64,000 bases of DNA from a virus, in the IMG/VR virus record IMGVR_UViG_3300025030_000011, positions 4,680 through 68,679 of that record; one strand, written 5' to 3'. Shown one piece after another: positions 9,959 to 18,858 of the stretch (its first letter is position 1; every line of letters starts with the position of its first letter). The notes under the pieces are model-generated. The model did no database searches. It was not told the origin of the DNA and saw nothing but the letters and a program-made list of their open reading frames with translations. Position numbers and translations under genes: made by a program.

Positions 9959-10861
9959 CTATTCCAAACATTCATGTATTACTTTTTCTATACTTTTACT
10001 TACTTTGTTTTTCTTTAGATATAGTTCCAAATTATCTGTGAAGCTTAATCCGATTTCTTTATTATCTTTCAGCTTGCTTACAAAAGCTTCTATTCGTTCA
10101 TTCTTATCATTCTTTACATCTATATGATTTCTGGAAATAACTCCTTTTTCAATTGGGATATAAACTCTTTCAACTTCATTTGTTTTTGCACACCAAAGAT
10201 ATATGCTCGGTTTGTGTTCTATTTGATCTGCACGAGTCCTCATAAAGCTACCGCTATTTACTAAAACTTGATTACCTAATACTTCACTAAAGCTTTGGTG
10301 ATTATCGCCAGATAGAATTAAATCGAAGCCCCACATTTTCTTTAATATACTTTTTGCTGTACCTCCTACATTTTCAGCCCCAGGAAAAGGAGGTTTAGAT
10401 TGATACACAAGATAATGAATTAAAGCTACTGCTGAATACTCCCCAAATCCTCTGTCTGTTGAAGCTAAAGGAGTGCCCCAAGGAAAGGCTTGATACATCA
10501 TGCCGTCATTAGCCCAATCAGAATCTTCAAGCAACAGTTTTATTTTACCTGCATCACTCAATACTTGTATAGAACTTTTTTCAATATCATCTAAACTATG
10601 ACCTGGTAAATCATGTTGCCCAGGTATGGCCCAAATTCTATCAGGAAGATTGCGTAAAGCCCAAGCAAGCAAATAAGGACTATTTTTCCATTTATCGAAC
10701 AAATCTCCAGAACATAGGATAGGACAATCATATTTTTCTTGTTGTTTTCTTAACCAAGCATATTTTCTTTCTTGTGTTTCCATCCAATTATCTAACCTAC
10801 AAGGTGGTGCTTTTTCGGTTATGTGTAAATCTGCCGTTAAGATAGCTGAAACATTTTTCAT
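9959..10861 (-). CDS. sbcD: SbcD/Mre11-like metallophosphoesterase nuclease
   Basis: ADLH, GDLFD, GQHD, GDNH, NSGS motifs. Confidence 0.85.
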   Translation of the reverse strand: MKNVSAILTADLHITEKAPPCRLDNWMETQERKYAWLRKQQEKYDCPILCSGDLFDKWKNSPYLLAWALRNLPDRIWAIPGQHDLPGHSLDDIEKSSIQVLSDAGKIKLLLEDSDWANDGMMYQAFPWGTPLASTDRGFGEYSAVALIHYLVYQSKPPFPGAENVGGTAKSILKKMWGFDLILSGDNHQSFSEVLGNQVLVNSGSFMRTRADQIEHKPSIYLWCAKTNEVERVYIPIEKGVISRNHIDVKNDKNERIEAFVSKLKDNKEIGLSFTDNLELYLKKNKVSKSIEKVIHECLE

Positions 10862-11029
10862 AAGTCATTCTTTCTTTTTAAGAGATATAAAGCAAGGGTT
10901 GCATATCCCCGGTAAAGTACATTTGTCACAAGGTTCACTTCCATCGTCATTAAGCTGATGTTTACAATCACCGCAAGCGTTACAAAAATCTACTAAAGGG
11001 CAATCATTCTGGCAATTCATCATAGCTCC

Positions 11030-12091
11030 TTATTTTCCACAAAGTGGGCAAATCATATTTTCTGGAAATAAATGTTTGTATTCTTTTTCTTTTTCTTCAA
11101 TCATACTTTCCAAATTATCTGATATTTTTTGGTATCTTTGTATGATTGCAATTATATCTTGAAGTTGTTGTATTTCTTTTTGCTGTTCTTTATATTCTGA
11201 AATAGATTTTAATACAATACTTAATTCTTTTTCAGCACTTAATATTTCTTCTGCTGTTTCTATTTTAACTTTATCATGCAAAGCTGATGCAACAATATTT
11301 GTGAGATCGTTTACATCTTGCTCTAAGTCCTCCCAATCTTTTACTTTTTGGATAATCCGCTGTACTTCAAATTCTAAATCTAAAAGCGTCTTTAACTCTT
11401 TTATTTTATCTTGTGCTTCAGTGATCTTATCAATCAATTTCTGAAGGCTTTGGATTGCTGTTAGACCGTCTTTCTCTTCTTCTAGCAACTCCTCATATGC
11501 TTTGACTTCCTTTTCAAGTTTGAGGAGGTATTTAAAGCCTTCCAGTTGACTTTCTAGCTCTGCTATTTGATTCTGTACCGTAATTATATCTCTAGCGTTA
11601 CTTTGGGTCTTTTTACGGGCATTGGAAATAGCTTTGTCTATTATTTCCAAATTAATACACTTGTTAAGAATTTTCCCTACTTCCCCAGGACTTGTGTCTT
11701 TAGACAATAAAAATGGAGAATCGAATTGCTCTTGTACATTGATTTCATCTATGTTGAGTGCTGTTAAAATATCTTGGGGGATTTCCTGTTTAAAAGCATG
11801 ATATTCGACTTCCTTCTTTCCTTCACATAAAATATAGGTATTTTCTTTATCTGTCTTTTCTCTGCTTATTTCAGCATCTTCAAATATCAAATCTACTGCT
11901 GTTGATTTACTGCCTCTTCTTCTAAATCCTTTATCATCACAACGATTGAATAAAGCCCAAGATATTGCACGAAATATGGCTGACTTGCCTGCATCCGTAT
12001 TGCCTACTAAAGCATTTACATTTGGAGATAAAACTAATTCAGTACGTTTATGACTTTGAAATTGGGATAGTAAAACTCTTTTTAGGTGCAT
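11030..12091 (-). CDS. SbcC/Rad50-like ATPase, N-terminal half ending at the zinc hook
   Basis: FQSH, GNTDAGKS Walker A, Q-loop, coiled coil, terminal CPLC. Confidence 0.85.
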   Translation of the reverse strand: MHLKRVLLSQFQSHKRTELVLSPNVNALVGNTDAGKSAIFRAISWALFNRCDDKGFRRRGSKSTAVDLIFEDAEISREKTDKENTYILCEGKKEVEYHAFKQEIPQDILTALNIDEINVQEQFDSPFLLSKDTSPGEVGKILNKCINLEIIDKAISNARKKTQSNARDIITVQNQIAELESQLEGFKYLLKLEKEVKAYEELLEEEKDGLTAIQSLQKLIDKITEAQDKIKELKTLLDLEFEVQRIIQKVKDWEDLEQDVNDLTNIVASALHDKVKIETAEEILSAEKELSIVLKSISEYKEQQKEIQQLQDIIAIIQRYQKISDNLESMIEEKEKEYKHLFPENMICPLCGK

Positions 12092-12320
12092 TTTTAATCC
12101 TTTGCTGTTCTTTATGACAATCATCCCAAATTAAACAATCAAAACAAGCTTCATCCCAATCACAATCTTTACCAAATATATGACCAAACTTACATTTATT
12201 TTTTTCTGTAAAGCTAAATGATTTTCCACAAGTCAAGCAAACACAATGTATTTCATCTCTTTCCTTCAATTCTGATACTTCTTTTATGCAGTTACAATTA
12301 GGACAAAATCTAGCGGTCAT
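12048..12320 (-). CDS. Cys-rich putative metal-binding protein
   Basis: CPNC, CLTC and C-terminal C..FG.DC....C..C..W..C. Confidence 0.6.
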   Translation of the reverse strand: MTARFCPNCNCIKEVSELKERDEIHCVCLTCGKSFSFTEKNKCKFGHIFGKDCDWDEACFDCLIWDDCHKEQQRIKNAPKKSFTIPISKS

Positions 12321-12820
12321 AATTTAAATCTCCTTGCAAATTCTCCAATTAATATACCATCTGCATCTTTAGAATATAAATGTTTAAATTGCGGGAATAA
12401 ACGTGTTCCAATGTCAAGACTTGCTTTCTTTAAAGCTTCACCTTTAACACCTTTAGGTAACATTTCTTTCTGCCATTGCTTTGAATCAATAAACATGTAA
12501 GGTATATTTAAAATCTCAAATACAATAATTGTTGCTTCTAAAGCCCGTAAAGCTGAAGCAGTAGCTTGAAACCTTCCCGGATTAACCATAGGTCTTTCAA
12601 GTACAACAAAGGGATTCTTTACTCTTTCAAGAATGGTATGTAGTTTCACATGATCTATTCTTGTTACATTTCGTTTTTCTTTAGTGTAGTTCAACACACT
12701 TATTGTTGGTGTAAGGAAAAACTTAGTTAGTGTATCAGACACAATACCTATTGAACCTGATACACCATTATCTATACCTACATAAGTTTTTTGACAGTTT
12801 ACCGTTGTTGTTCTACTCAT
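12317..12820 (-). CDS. RuvC-like Holliday junction resolvase
   Basis: YVGIDNG, VLERP, W.K, DADGILI motifs. Confidence 0.75.
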   Translation of the reverse strand: MSRTTTVNCQKTYVGIDNGVSGSIGIVSDTLTKFFLTPTISVLNYTKEKRNVTRIDHVKLHTILERVKNPFVVLERPMVNPGRFQATASALRALEATIIVFEILNIPYMFIDSKQWQKEMLPKGVKGEALKKASLDIGTRLFPQFKHLYSKDADGILIGEFARRFKL

Positions 12821-13955
12821 AACGCCTCTTTCGATCTAGTTTCAAATTGTCTTCAATAGTTTTCCAGACTTTACCTACTAAATGCTTAAGTTGTGATTCA
12901 AAATCTTTATCTTCAATCAGGTCTATTAATTTATTTCTGGTTAAAGGTTCTTTTGCAAAGTAACCTTTTGTATCAATCTTAGTACCACCTTTCCAAAACT
13001 CTTCTTCAATCAGAAAGTCAATGCAACTCCCAATGTCGTCAATTCCCATGTCGTAGAAAATTGGAATTTCGACTTCTCTACATTTACCTGTAATCTTATT
13101 CTTTGTTACTTTAACAATACACTTAACACCAATCACTCTGTTGCCTGTACCTTTTAGTTTACCTCCATTTGCCGTCCAGAGTTCGTGAGTAGCATAAAAT
13201 TTAAGTGCCTTACCTCCTGATCTAGTTTTCTTCTCAAAAGACATTGGGTTAATGTTATCTCTTGTTTGGGATATAATCAAAAGGATTGAATCAGACTTTT
13301 CAAGTTTCCCGCAACAGTCTTTCAGAATATCACTATTCTTTTTAGCTTTTGCCATTCCGTAACTACCTGATACATCTTTTACCGCTTTAGCGTCTTCTCC
13401 TTCTTTTGCTTTCTCTAAAGCCTTTCGTTTCTTTTCATGATTCTTCATAAACTCTTCCATTTTTTTCTGATCTGCTTCAGAATCTAAAGCATCCATAGAA
13501 TCAAGAATATAAATGAAAGGGTTTATTTTAGCTAATGCTTTCCTAAGATTAACATGGAAATCTTCAATAGTTTCACTAGGGCAATCTTCACCTTTAAGTA
13601 TAGCAGGGGGTTCTATTCGTTTTGCTGTTTTCTTACCAAATAGTTTTGGAATATCAAACATATTTGCATGTTCAGCATCGTCCATAATTAATCTGAAATC
13701 ATCATAGTCTTCATCATTAGCAGCTTCAGCAAATGTAGTTAAAGCTAAAAATGTTTTACCTGAAGAACTATCCCCGATAATATTTGCCATTTTACCTTTT
13801 TGCCAACCGCAATTAATGTTATCGGTTAAGGCAAGATTCAATAATGTGCTTCCTGTGGAAATAAATTCTTCTGTGTTAAAATGTGTATTTTCTACTTCTT
13901 TAGTTGCTCTTTTTTCTATTTGGGATTTTAAACTTGTTCCGCTTGTTCTTCCCAC
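12813..13955 (-). CDS. recA: RecA/UvsX-like recombinase
   Basis: ISTGS.LLN.AL, GDSSSGKT, DAEHA, ILDS, ISQ.R, SGGKALKFYA. Confidence 0.92.
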   Translation of the reverse strand: MGRTSGTSLKSQIEKRATKEVENTHFNTEEFISTGSTLLNLALTDNINCGWQKGKMANIIGDSSSGKTFLALTTFAEAANDEDYDDFRLIMDDAEHANMFDIPKLFGKKTAKRIEPPAILKGEDCPSETIEDFHVNLRKALAKINPFIYILDSMDALDSEADQKKMEEFMKNHEKKRKALEKAKEGEDAKAVKDVSGSYGMAKAKKNSDILKDCCGKLEKSDSILLIISQTRDNINPMSFEKKTRSGGKALKFYATHELWTANGGKLKGTGNRVIGVKCIVKVTKNKITGKCREVEIPIFYDMGIDDIGSCIDFLIEEEFWKGGTKIDTKGYFAKEPLTRNKLIDLIEDKDFESQLKHLVGKVWKTIEDNLKLDRKRRYE

Positions 13956-13964
13956 AATAACCCC

Positions 13965-14222
13965 CTATTTGTTTTTCCTTTTCTTAGTAACAATATTTTT
14001 ACGATCATCTAACACAGCTTTCCCAGAAATAAAGTTTATAAACAACTCTTCAAATATAAACCACTGACAACCTAATCCCCCAGGCTGATGCCCCAACTTA
14101 TGTTTTAAACACCACTCAATCAATGTTGGTTTAGTTATATTGATTCCGTATTTTTCAGCTATCAAAATAGCTTCATTCATCTTTATTTTTTTTATTGATT
14201 CATATTTAATGTAGTCTAACAT
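13965..14222 (-). CDS. Putative small winged-HTH DNA-binding protein
   Basis: ITKPTLIEWC...W.I pattern, excisionase-like. Confidence 0.45.
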   Translation of the reverse strand: MLDYIKYESIKKIKMNEAILIAEKYGINITKPTLIEWCLKHKLGHQPGGLGCQWFIFEELFINFISGKAVLDDRKNIVTKKRKNK

Positions 14223-14255
14223 GTCTTCCCCATTTTTAGTTTTCCTTTAGATATA

Positions 14256-14297
14256 AAAATAGGGATGATACGCTTTAACACATACCACCCCTATTTT
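14256..14297 (-). terminator. Putative terminator hairpin
   Basis: AAAATAGGG...CCCTATTTT inverted repeat. Confidence 0.55.
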
Positions 14298-14458
14298 CAG
14301 GATACATTTCTTTTGTTAATTTGAATTACAGGATAAAACTTATATCAACATGCGTGACGGGGTTAAACCCACATTTTCATTTTCGACTAGCTACTTCTTA
14401 CTAATGTTTATGTCGTGACCGCCTCCAGCTTGTCCTTGGGTTTTATCCTGTAAACTGT

Positions 14459-15802
14459 TTACCCTTTAGCTTTTTTGCATTTCTTCCACAAATCACACTC
14501 AAAACATTCATCAAATTCATCACAGTCTTCTCCAAATGTGCCCTTCTTGACGGGGCATACTTGTTCATCTTCACCTTTAGCTTTGCTTTTGGGCTTTTCT
14601 CCAGGTTCTTCCTCTTTAGCTTTTCTACTACGTTTAGGAGGTTCTTCCTCTTCTTTTTTCTTCTTTTTCTTAGGCGCTTCAGCTATAACAATCGTTACAT
14701 CTGCGATCTTGAATGTTTGTTCATCACCATCAGCATCTTCAATTGTAATTTTCTTTGAAGTAAGAGTGGTAACAGTTCCAGTAGCTTCATCACCATCTTC
14801 ATCTGTTATAGTTACATAAGCCCCTTCTTCGGGTTCATAGTCTTCAGGCTCCGGTTCTTTCTCTTCACTCTTACGACTACGCTTTGGAGCTTCTTCCTCT
14901 TCTTCTACGGCTTTCTTTTTACGTTTAGGCGTATCTTCTTCGGGTTCCTCTTCTTTTGCCTTCCTAGAGCGTTTGGGTGCTTCCTCTTCAGGTTCTTCTT
15001 TGCTCTTGCGGCTACGTTTAGGCGGGTCATTGTCTTCTTCATCTTTTTCATCTTCTACTTCAAGGAATATCTTTTCCAGTTCATCATATGATTTAACATC
15101 AAGGATTGAATCAAGATCAAAACAATCTTCCAAAATATTTTCATCGTAATCACCACGATTTTCAAAATCTATACGATCCGCAAAAGGAAATGGTTTATTG
15201 TTAGGCCCATCACCTATTGTTTTTTCATCAAAACGAATAGTAAGGGTAGCTCCACCTTCAAGCAATGCAAAACCTGATCTATCTTTTCTTGTACTATCCC
15301 TAATTTCCTTTTCAAGCAAATCACCAACAAGAGGATATGAACTATTCCAAATCTGAATACCTTTCTTTTCTTCTGTTGCATCTGTTATATTAATAATGTT
15401 TCTAAGTTCACGTACCCTAGCTTTCAGTTTACCGGCAAGGGCTTTAGATTCTGCTGTGCCTTCTGCATACAAAGCGGCTCTTGCTTCACAGATAGGGCAT
15501 TTTTCCCCGATAGTTTTACGGCAAAGGTATTTTTTGTTCGATGCACCTACTTGGTCATGGGCATATATTAATCGCCTATGAAACAAATCACCTTTTTCCA
15601 AACCATCAGGATTGCCTTTAGGTTTAGTTACTTCATAAGGGATTACATCTATTTCATAAGTACCTTTTTTGGGATTAAAGTATTGAACTTTAGTTTTTTC
15701 AGGAATAATTAGGTAGGGATAAAAACCAGAACTTTCTGCTTCTGCTGCCCTTTGTTTTGTTTTGTCTCTCATTTTCTGGGAACGATCATTACTTTTTGCC
15801 AT
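14459..15802 (-). CDS. Putative ssDNA-binding protein (gp32-like) with long charged repeat tail
   Basis: H...C...CPIC core; PKRSRK/EEEP repeats; ATG 15802 after AGGAG; beside recA. Confidence 0.6.
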   Translation of the reverse strand: MAKSNDRSQKMRDKTKQRAAEAESSGFYPYLIIPEKTKVQYFNPKKGTYEIDVIPYEVTKPKGNPDGLEKGDLFHRRLIYAHDQVGASNKKYLCRKTIGEKCPICEARAALYAEGTAESKALAGKLKARVRELRNIINITDATEEKKGIQIWNSSYPLVGDLLEKEIRDSTRKDRSGFALLEGGATLTIRFDEKTIGDGPNNKPFPFADRIDFENRGDYDENILEDCFDLDSILDVKSYDELEKIFLEVEDEKDEEDNDPPKRSRKSKEEPEEEAPKRSRKAKEEEPEEDTPKRKKKAVEEEEEAPKRSRKSEEKEPEPEDYEPEEGAYVTITDEDGDEATGTVTTLTSKKITIEDADGDEQTFKIADVTIVIAEAPKKKKKKEEEEPPKRSRKAKEEEPGEKPKSKAKGEDEQVCPVKKGTFGEDCDEFDECFECDLWKKCKKAKG

Positions 15803-15908
15803 GCAGTATATATCTCCTTTAGGTAGGTTTGTTTTTAAATTAAATTGGGGTACTCGATGCGAGATAGGCACGTTACTAGTTCCCGACTTTCCCCCAAACT
15901 TTACAACC

Positions 15909-16184
15909 TTATTTCTTCTTAGCTTTTTTCTTTGTTTCCAAAACAACTACCGTTTCTTTAGCTGCTTTGAAATGCAACTTTGATTTAGCCGGGATTTCAA
16001 CTGAATCACCAGTTGCGGGATTACGCCCTGTCCTTGCTTCACTTGTAGTACGTGAAAATGTACCAAAACCACGAATGATTACTTTGTCTCCATCTTCTAC
16101 AAGTATAAGAATACTATTAAATATTTCTTCTACTACGTCTTTCTTTACTCCTGCTTCTTTGCCCAACTCTGCCAATCCAGCCAT
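15909..16184 (-). CDS. hup: HU/IHF family DNA-binding protein
   Basis: GFGTF...ARTGRNPATG..V.IPA...FK. Confidence 0.95.
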   Translation of the reverse strand: MAGLAELGKEAGVKKDVVEEIFNSILILVEDGDKVIIRGFGTFSRTTSEARTGRNPATGDSVEIPAKSKLHFKAAKETVVVLETKKKAKKK

Positions 16185-16215
16185 TGTGTTTCCTCCAAGG
16201 GATATAAATTACGTC

Positions 16216-16419
16216 CTAAGACGCTTGCTGCATACTTTGTTTAAACATGAAGCTGTAATAACCTTTTGCTTTGTGATTCATCTCTCTCCAAAATTCTTTA
16301 GTTCTTTTAAAATGTTTGTCGTTATACTCCTTTCCTTTACTTTTATAACTATCATCATGCAATGCCCCAAAAGTTTTGATATGGGCTTTCTTCAAAAGCT
16401 TTACTGTTTTACCTCGCAT
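16216..16419 (-). CDS. Hypothetical basic protein
   Basis: ORF with AGGAG RBS. Confidence 0.5.
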   Translation of the reverse strand: MRGKTVKLLKKAHIKTFGALHDDSYKSKGKEYNDKHFKRTKEFWREMNHKAKGYYSFMFKQSMQQAS

Positions 16420-16498
16420 TCTATCTCCTTTTTAATTGAAATAGTAAATACCCCGCCGCCTAAAGTTTTCGAGCCGTCAAGCGGGTGATGGTATTATG

Positions 16499-16705
16499 TT
16501 ATGCGGTTCTCGCTACCGTCAGCGCTGCTGTTATCATATCCAACTCTTCCCACCGGAACGCCCCGGCCATCATCAACCGGCAATCTTCACCGTGTACCAT
16601 AATGTTTGCACCTTCCAGGCTGCTCCAGGTGTTGACCGTCACGAAAACACCGTGACCTTTCATTAATATTTCCTTGCTGTCTTTGATGATTGTTTGCAGT
16701 TTCAT
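16499..16705 (-). CDS. Hypothetical protein (GC-rich segment)
   Basis: ORF coupled by ATGA overlap to the upstream ORF. Confidence 0.55.
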   Translation of the reverse strand: MKLQTIIKDSKEILMKGHGVFVTVNTWSSLEGANIMVHGEDCRLMMAGAFRWEELDMITAALTVARTA

Positions 16706-16860
16706 GCCTTCCTCTTTTTTAGGTCGTCATACCATCTGATAGCCTCACACTGTTCACACCAGCATTGCCCCCCACGCGGAGGAAATTGAACATGGTCTTG
16801 TACGGTCTTTGCCAACTTCACTATTTTTCTGAGCAGTGCCAACTCTTCTTTGACAGTCAT
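16702..16860 (-). CDS. Hypothetical 52-aa protein (MTVKEELALL...CWCEQC...), absent from the ORF track
   Basis: Read manually; ATG 16860, TGA 16702 overlapping the next ATG. Confidence 0.5.
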   Translation of the reverse strand: MTVKEELALLRKIVKLAKTVQDHVQFPPRGGQCWCEQCEAIRWYDDLKKRKA

Positions 16861-16882
16861 AAAACCCCGCATAACATAATCG

Positions 16883-17440
16883 TTATCTCCTTTTCATTTT
16901 ATCTTTAATTCTATCTTGTACCGATTTACTCTTATCTACTTTCCATTGTTCAATTGCTTCTGGGCCTATATCACGTGGTTCTTGCGGTTCTCCGTTATAC
17001 TCTTGCCCTCTTAGTCTCACTTCATTTTCCAAAGCCGATTTCCTAGCTTGGAATGCAAATATTACATTAGTCATAAGGTCTGAATAATACTCAGCTTCAA
17101 TAGATGCCTTTTTAACCTCCTTATAATCAGAATGATCTCTATAATATGCTTCCACATTAGGTGCTGTAGGTTTAATACCTTTTCCCATTACTTCTGGGTT
17201 TTCATTTGCTTCTTTGATTAATTGACTACGCATAGTTTTAACACGTTCATCTGCCAACTTTGCTCTTTTGTTTGCTGAAGCTGCTTCTTTAGCATACTTC
17301 ATAAATGTTTGGGCATGTGTCGCAAATTCAAAATCAAGTCTTATCAAATCAATTTCAAGGTCATTTTCATAATCAAACCCTTCTCTCTTACATTCTTTTT
17401 CTTCACTTTCTATTTGTTTCCGTCCTGTTGATCTGGGCAT
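16883..17440 (-). CDS. Putative UvsY-like recombination mediator
   Basis: DLEID...LD.E, coiled coil, AFQARKSALEN pattern. Confidence 0.5.
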   Translation of the reverse strand: MPRSTGRKQIESEEKECKREGFDYENDLEIDLIRLDFEFATHAQTFMKYAKEAASANKRAKLADERVKTMRSQLIKEANENPEVMGKGIKPTAPNVEAYYRDHSDYKEVKKASIEAEYYSDLMTNVIFAFQARKSALENEVRLRGQEYNGEPQEPRDIGPEAIEQWKVDKSKSVQDRIKDKMKRR

Positions 17441-17597
17441 TATTTTTCCTTTCTTGTGCTAATCTATCTTTAATTGCAGTCCAAATAAATGCAGATATAT
17501 TATCACTTCCAACAAGGTTCTTCATTTCATCATATTCAGTATCGCTCAATCGGCAAGACACAACATTATATCTAGGGTATTCTTTCATCTTTCCCAA
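17403..17597 (-). CDS. Ribbon-helix-helix regulator, HgtR-like
   Basis: MGKMKEYPRYNVVSCRLSD resembles the PRYNV.S.R.SD motif I recall for Geobacter RHH repressors. Confidence 0.65.
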   Translation of the reverse strand: MGKMKEYPRYNVVSCRLSDTEYDEMKNLVGSDNISAFIWTAIKDRLAQERKNNAQINRTETNRK

Positions 17598-17609
17598 TTT
17601 ATTTCTCCT

Positions 17610-17867
17610 TTAACGACAATGACAATTATAACAATCAGGTAAAGCCCTTATATGTGAGGCTTGACACAAGTTTGGAGAATCTTCAGGTGTAGGTTTGGTG
17701 GGAATAATAATTATCATGATACAAAACAGTATCAATACAATTATTATTTGAATGATATTATTTCGGAGTTTTTTTCTTTTGCGTTTTAGTTGTGCTTGGT
17801 AAGAGTATTCTCTGGAGAAATCTGAAAAGTGCATTTTGAAACCTCCTATAAAAATCAATAAATACAA
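17610..17867 (-). CDS. Small membrane protein with C-terminal CXXCH
   Basis: Basic patch + TM helix + CYNCH. Confidence 0.5.
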   Translation of the reverse strand: MYLLIFIGGFKMHFSDFSREYSYQAQLKRKRKKLRNNIIQIIIVLILFCIMIIIIPTKPTPEDSPNLCQASHIRALPDCYNCHCR

Positions 17868-17879
17868 TTCATGTTTACG

Positions 17880-17908
17880 CTTATAATCCTTTGTTATATG
17901 ACTGTCAA
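17880..17908 (-). promoter_or_regulatory. Sigma70-type promoter
   Basis: TTGACA-17-TATAAG on the minus strand. Confidence 0.55.
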
Positions 17909-17942
17909 GAAAAAAGTTTACAGGGTTAATATTTTTTACAGA

Positions 17943-18857
17943 CTATCCGCAAACTACAGAATAAGCAGCTTTTGTGATACCTACTTTACCTGTATTATAT
18001 GTATTTTCACTAAAGCAATCTATAATTAACCATGCTCTAGGATTGTCACTTTTCAACAAAACTTGGTTACAGTAACCCAAAATTGCATACCTACTTGTTT
18101 CTGGTTCTGTTGATAATGTAGATATTATTTTAGCAATACTTTCCCATTTAGATTTTGGATCAAGCAATGCTCTACAAAGGTCTATTATTTGTGCTTCAGA
18201 TTCAGCCGATTGTTCAGCAGCAGCTAGCATCTCTTTAGAAGGTAGATCAATCACCCTTTCTAATTGCTTCAATGCGGCTCTTGGATGCCCTTGTGCATCG
18301 TTTACAATCCTTTTTAATACATCAGCCGGGACTTTCTTTTCTTCCCCCTCTACAACCTCTTCCAGCATCTCTAGCATTTCATCGTCTGACAAAGGTTTGA
18401 CTTCAAATATTGTGCATCTGTCTTTAAACGTCTTAATCAGTTTTTGCGGGTCTGTGGTTGAAAAAATAAAGAAAGCATGTTCCGGGGGTTCTTCTAAAGT
18501 CTTGAGTAAAGCCTCTTGAGACTTATCGGTCAAACGATGGGCTTCATCCATGAACCAAATTCTTACATCACCCTTCATAGGCGGATAATGAACATTCTTT
18601 GCTAACTCTCTTGCTTCTTCAACTTTCCCATATACTGCGGCATCTATTTCTTGAAACTCAAACGGATTACATTTCAAATGATTTGCTACTATACGGCCTA
18701 ATGAAGTCTTACCACATCCTTTTGGGCCTGTAAAAAGATACACATGGGGGATAACCTTTTTAGGTTTTTTAAGTATAGTGCCTAATGATGATTTAAGTGC
18801 TTTGTTGCCGTATACTTCATTTAGATTTCTTGGGCGATAATCACTATCTAAAGACAA
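17943..18857 (-). CDS. dnaX: DNA polymerase III gamma/tau-like clamp loader
   Basis: YRP....V.G, GPKGCGKT, DEAHRL, ALLKTLEEPP, DRC. Confidence 0.9.
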   Translation of the reverse strand: MSLDSDYRPRNLNEVYGNKALKSSLGTILKKPKKVIPHVYLFTGPKGCGKTSLGRIVANHLKCNPFEFQEIDAAVYGKVEEARELAKNVHYPPMKGDVRIWFMDEAHRLTDKSQEALLKTLEEPPEHAFFIFSTTDPQKLIKTFKDRCTIFEVKPLSDDEMLEMLEEVVEGEEKKVPADVLKRIVNDAQGHPRAALKQLERVIDLPSKEMLAAAEQSAESEAQIIDLCRALLDPKSKWESIAKIISTLSTEPETSRYAILGYCNQVLLKSDNPRAWLIIDCFSENTYNTGKVGITKAAYSVVCG

Positions 18858-18858
18858 G

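Noticed and set aside
14345-14425. Possible tRNA (GGTTTAACCCC T-loop-like on the minus strand)
   Set aside because: Could not build a cloverleaf with acceptor and anticodon stems
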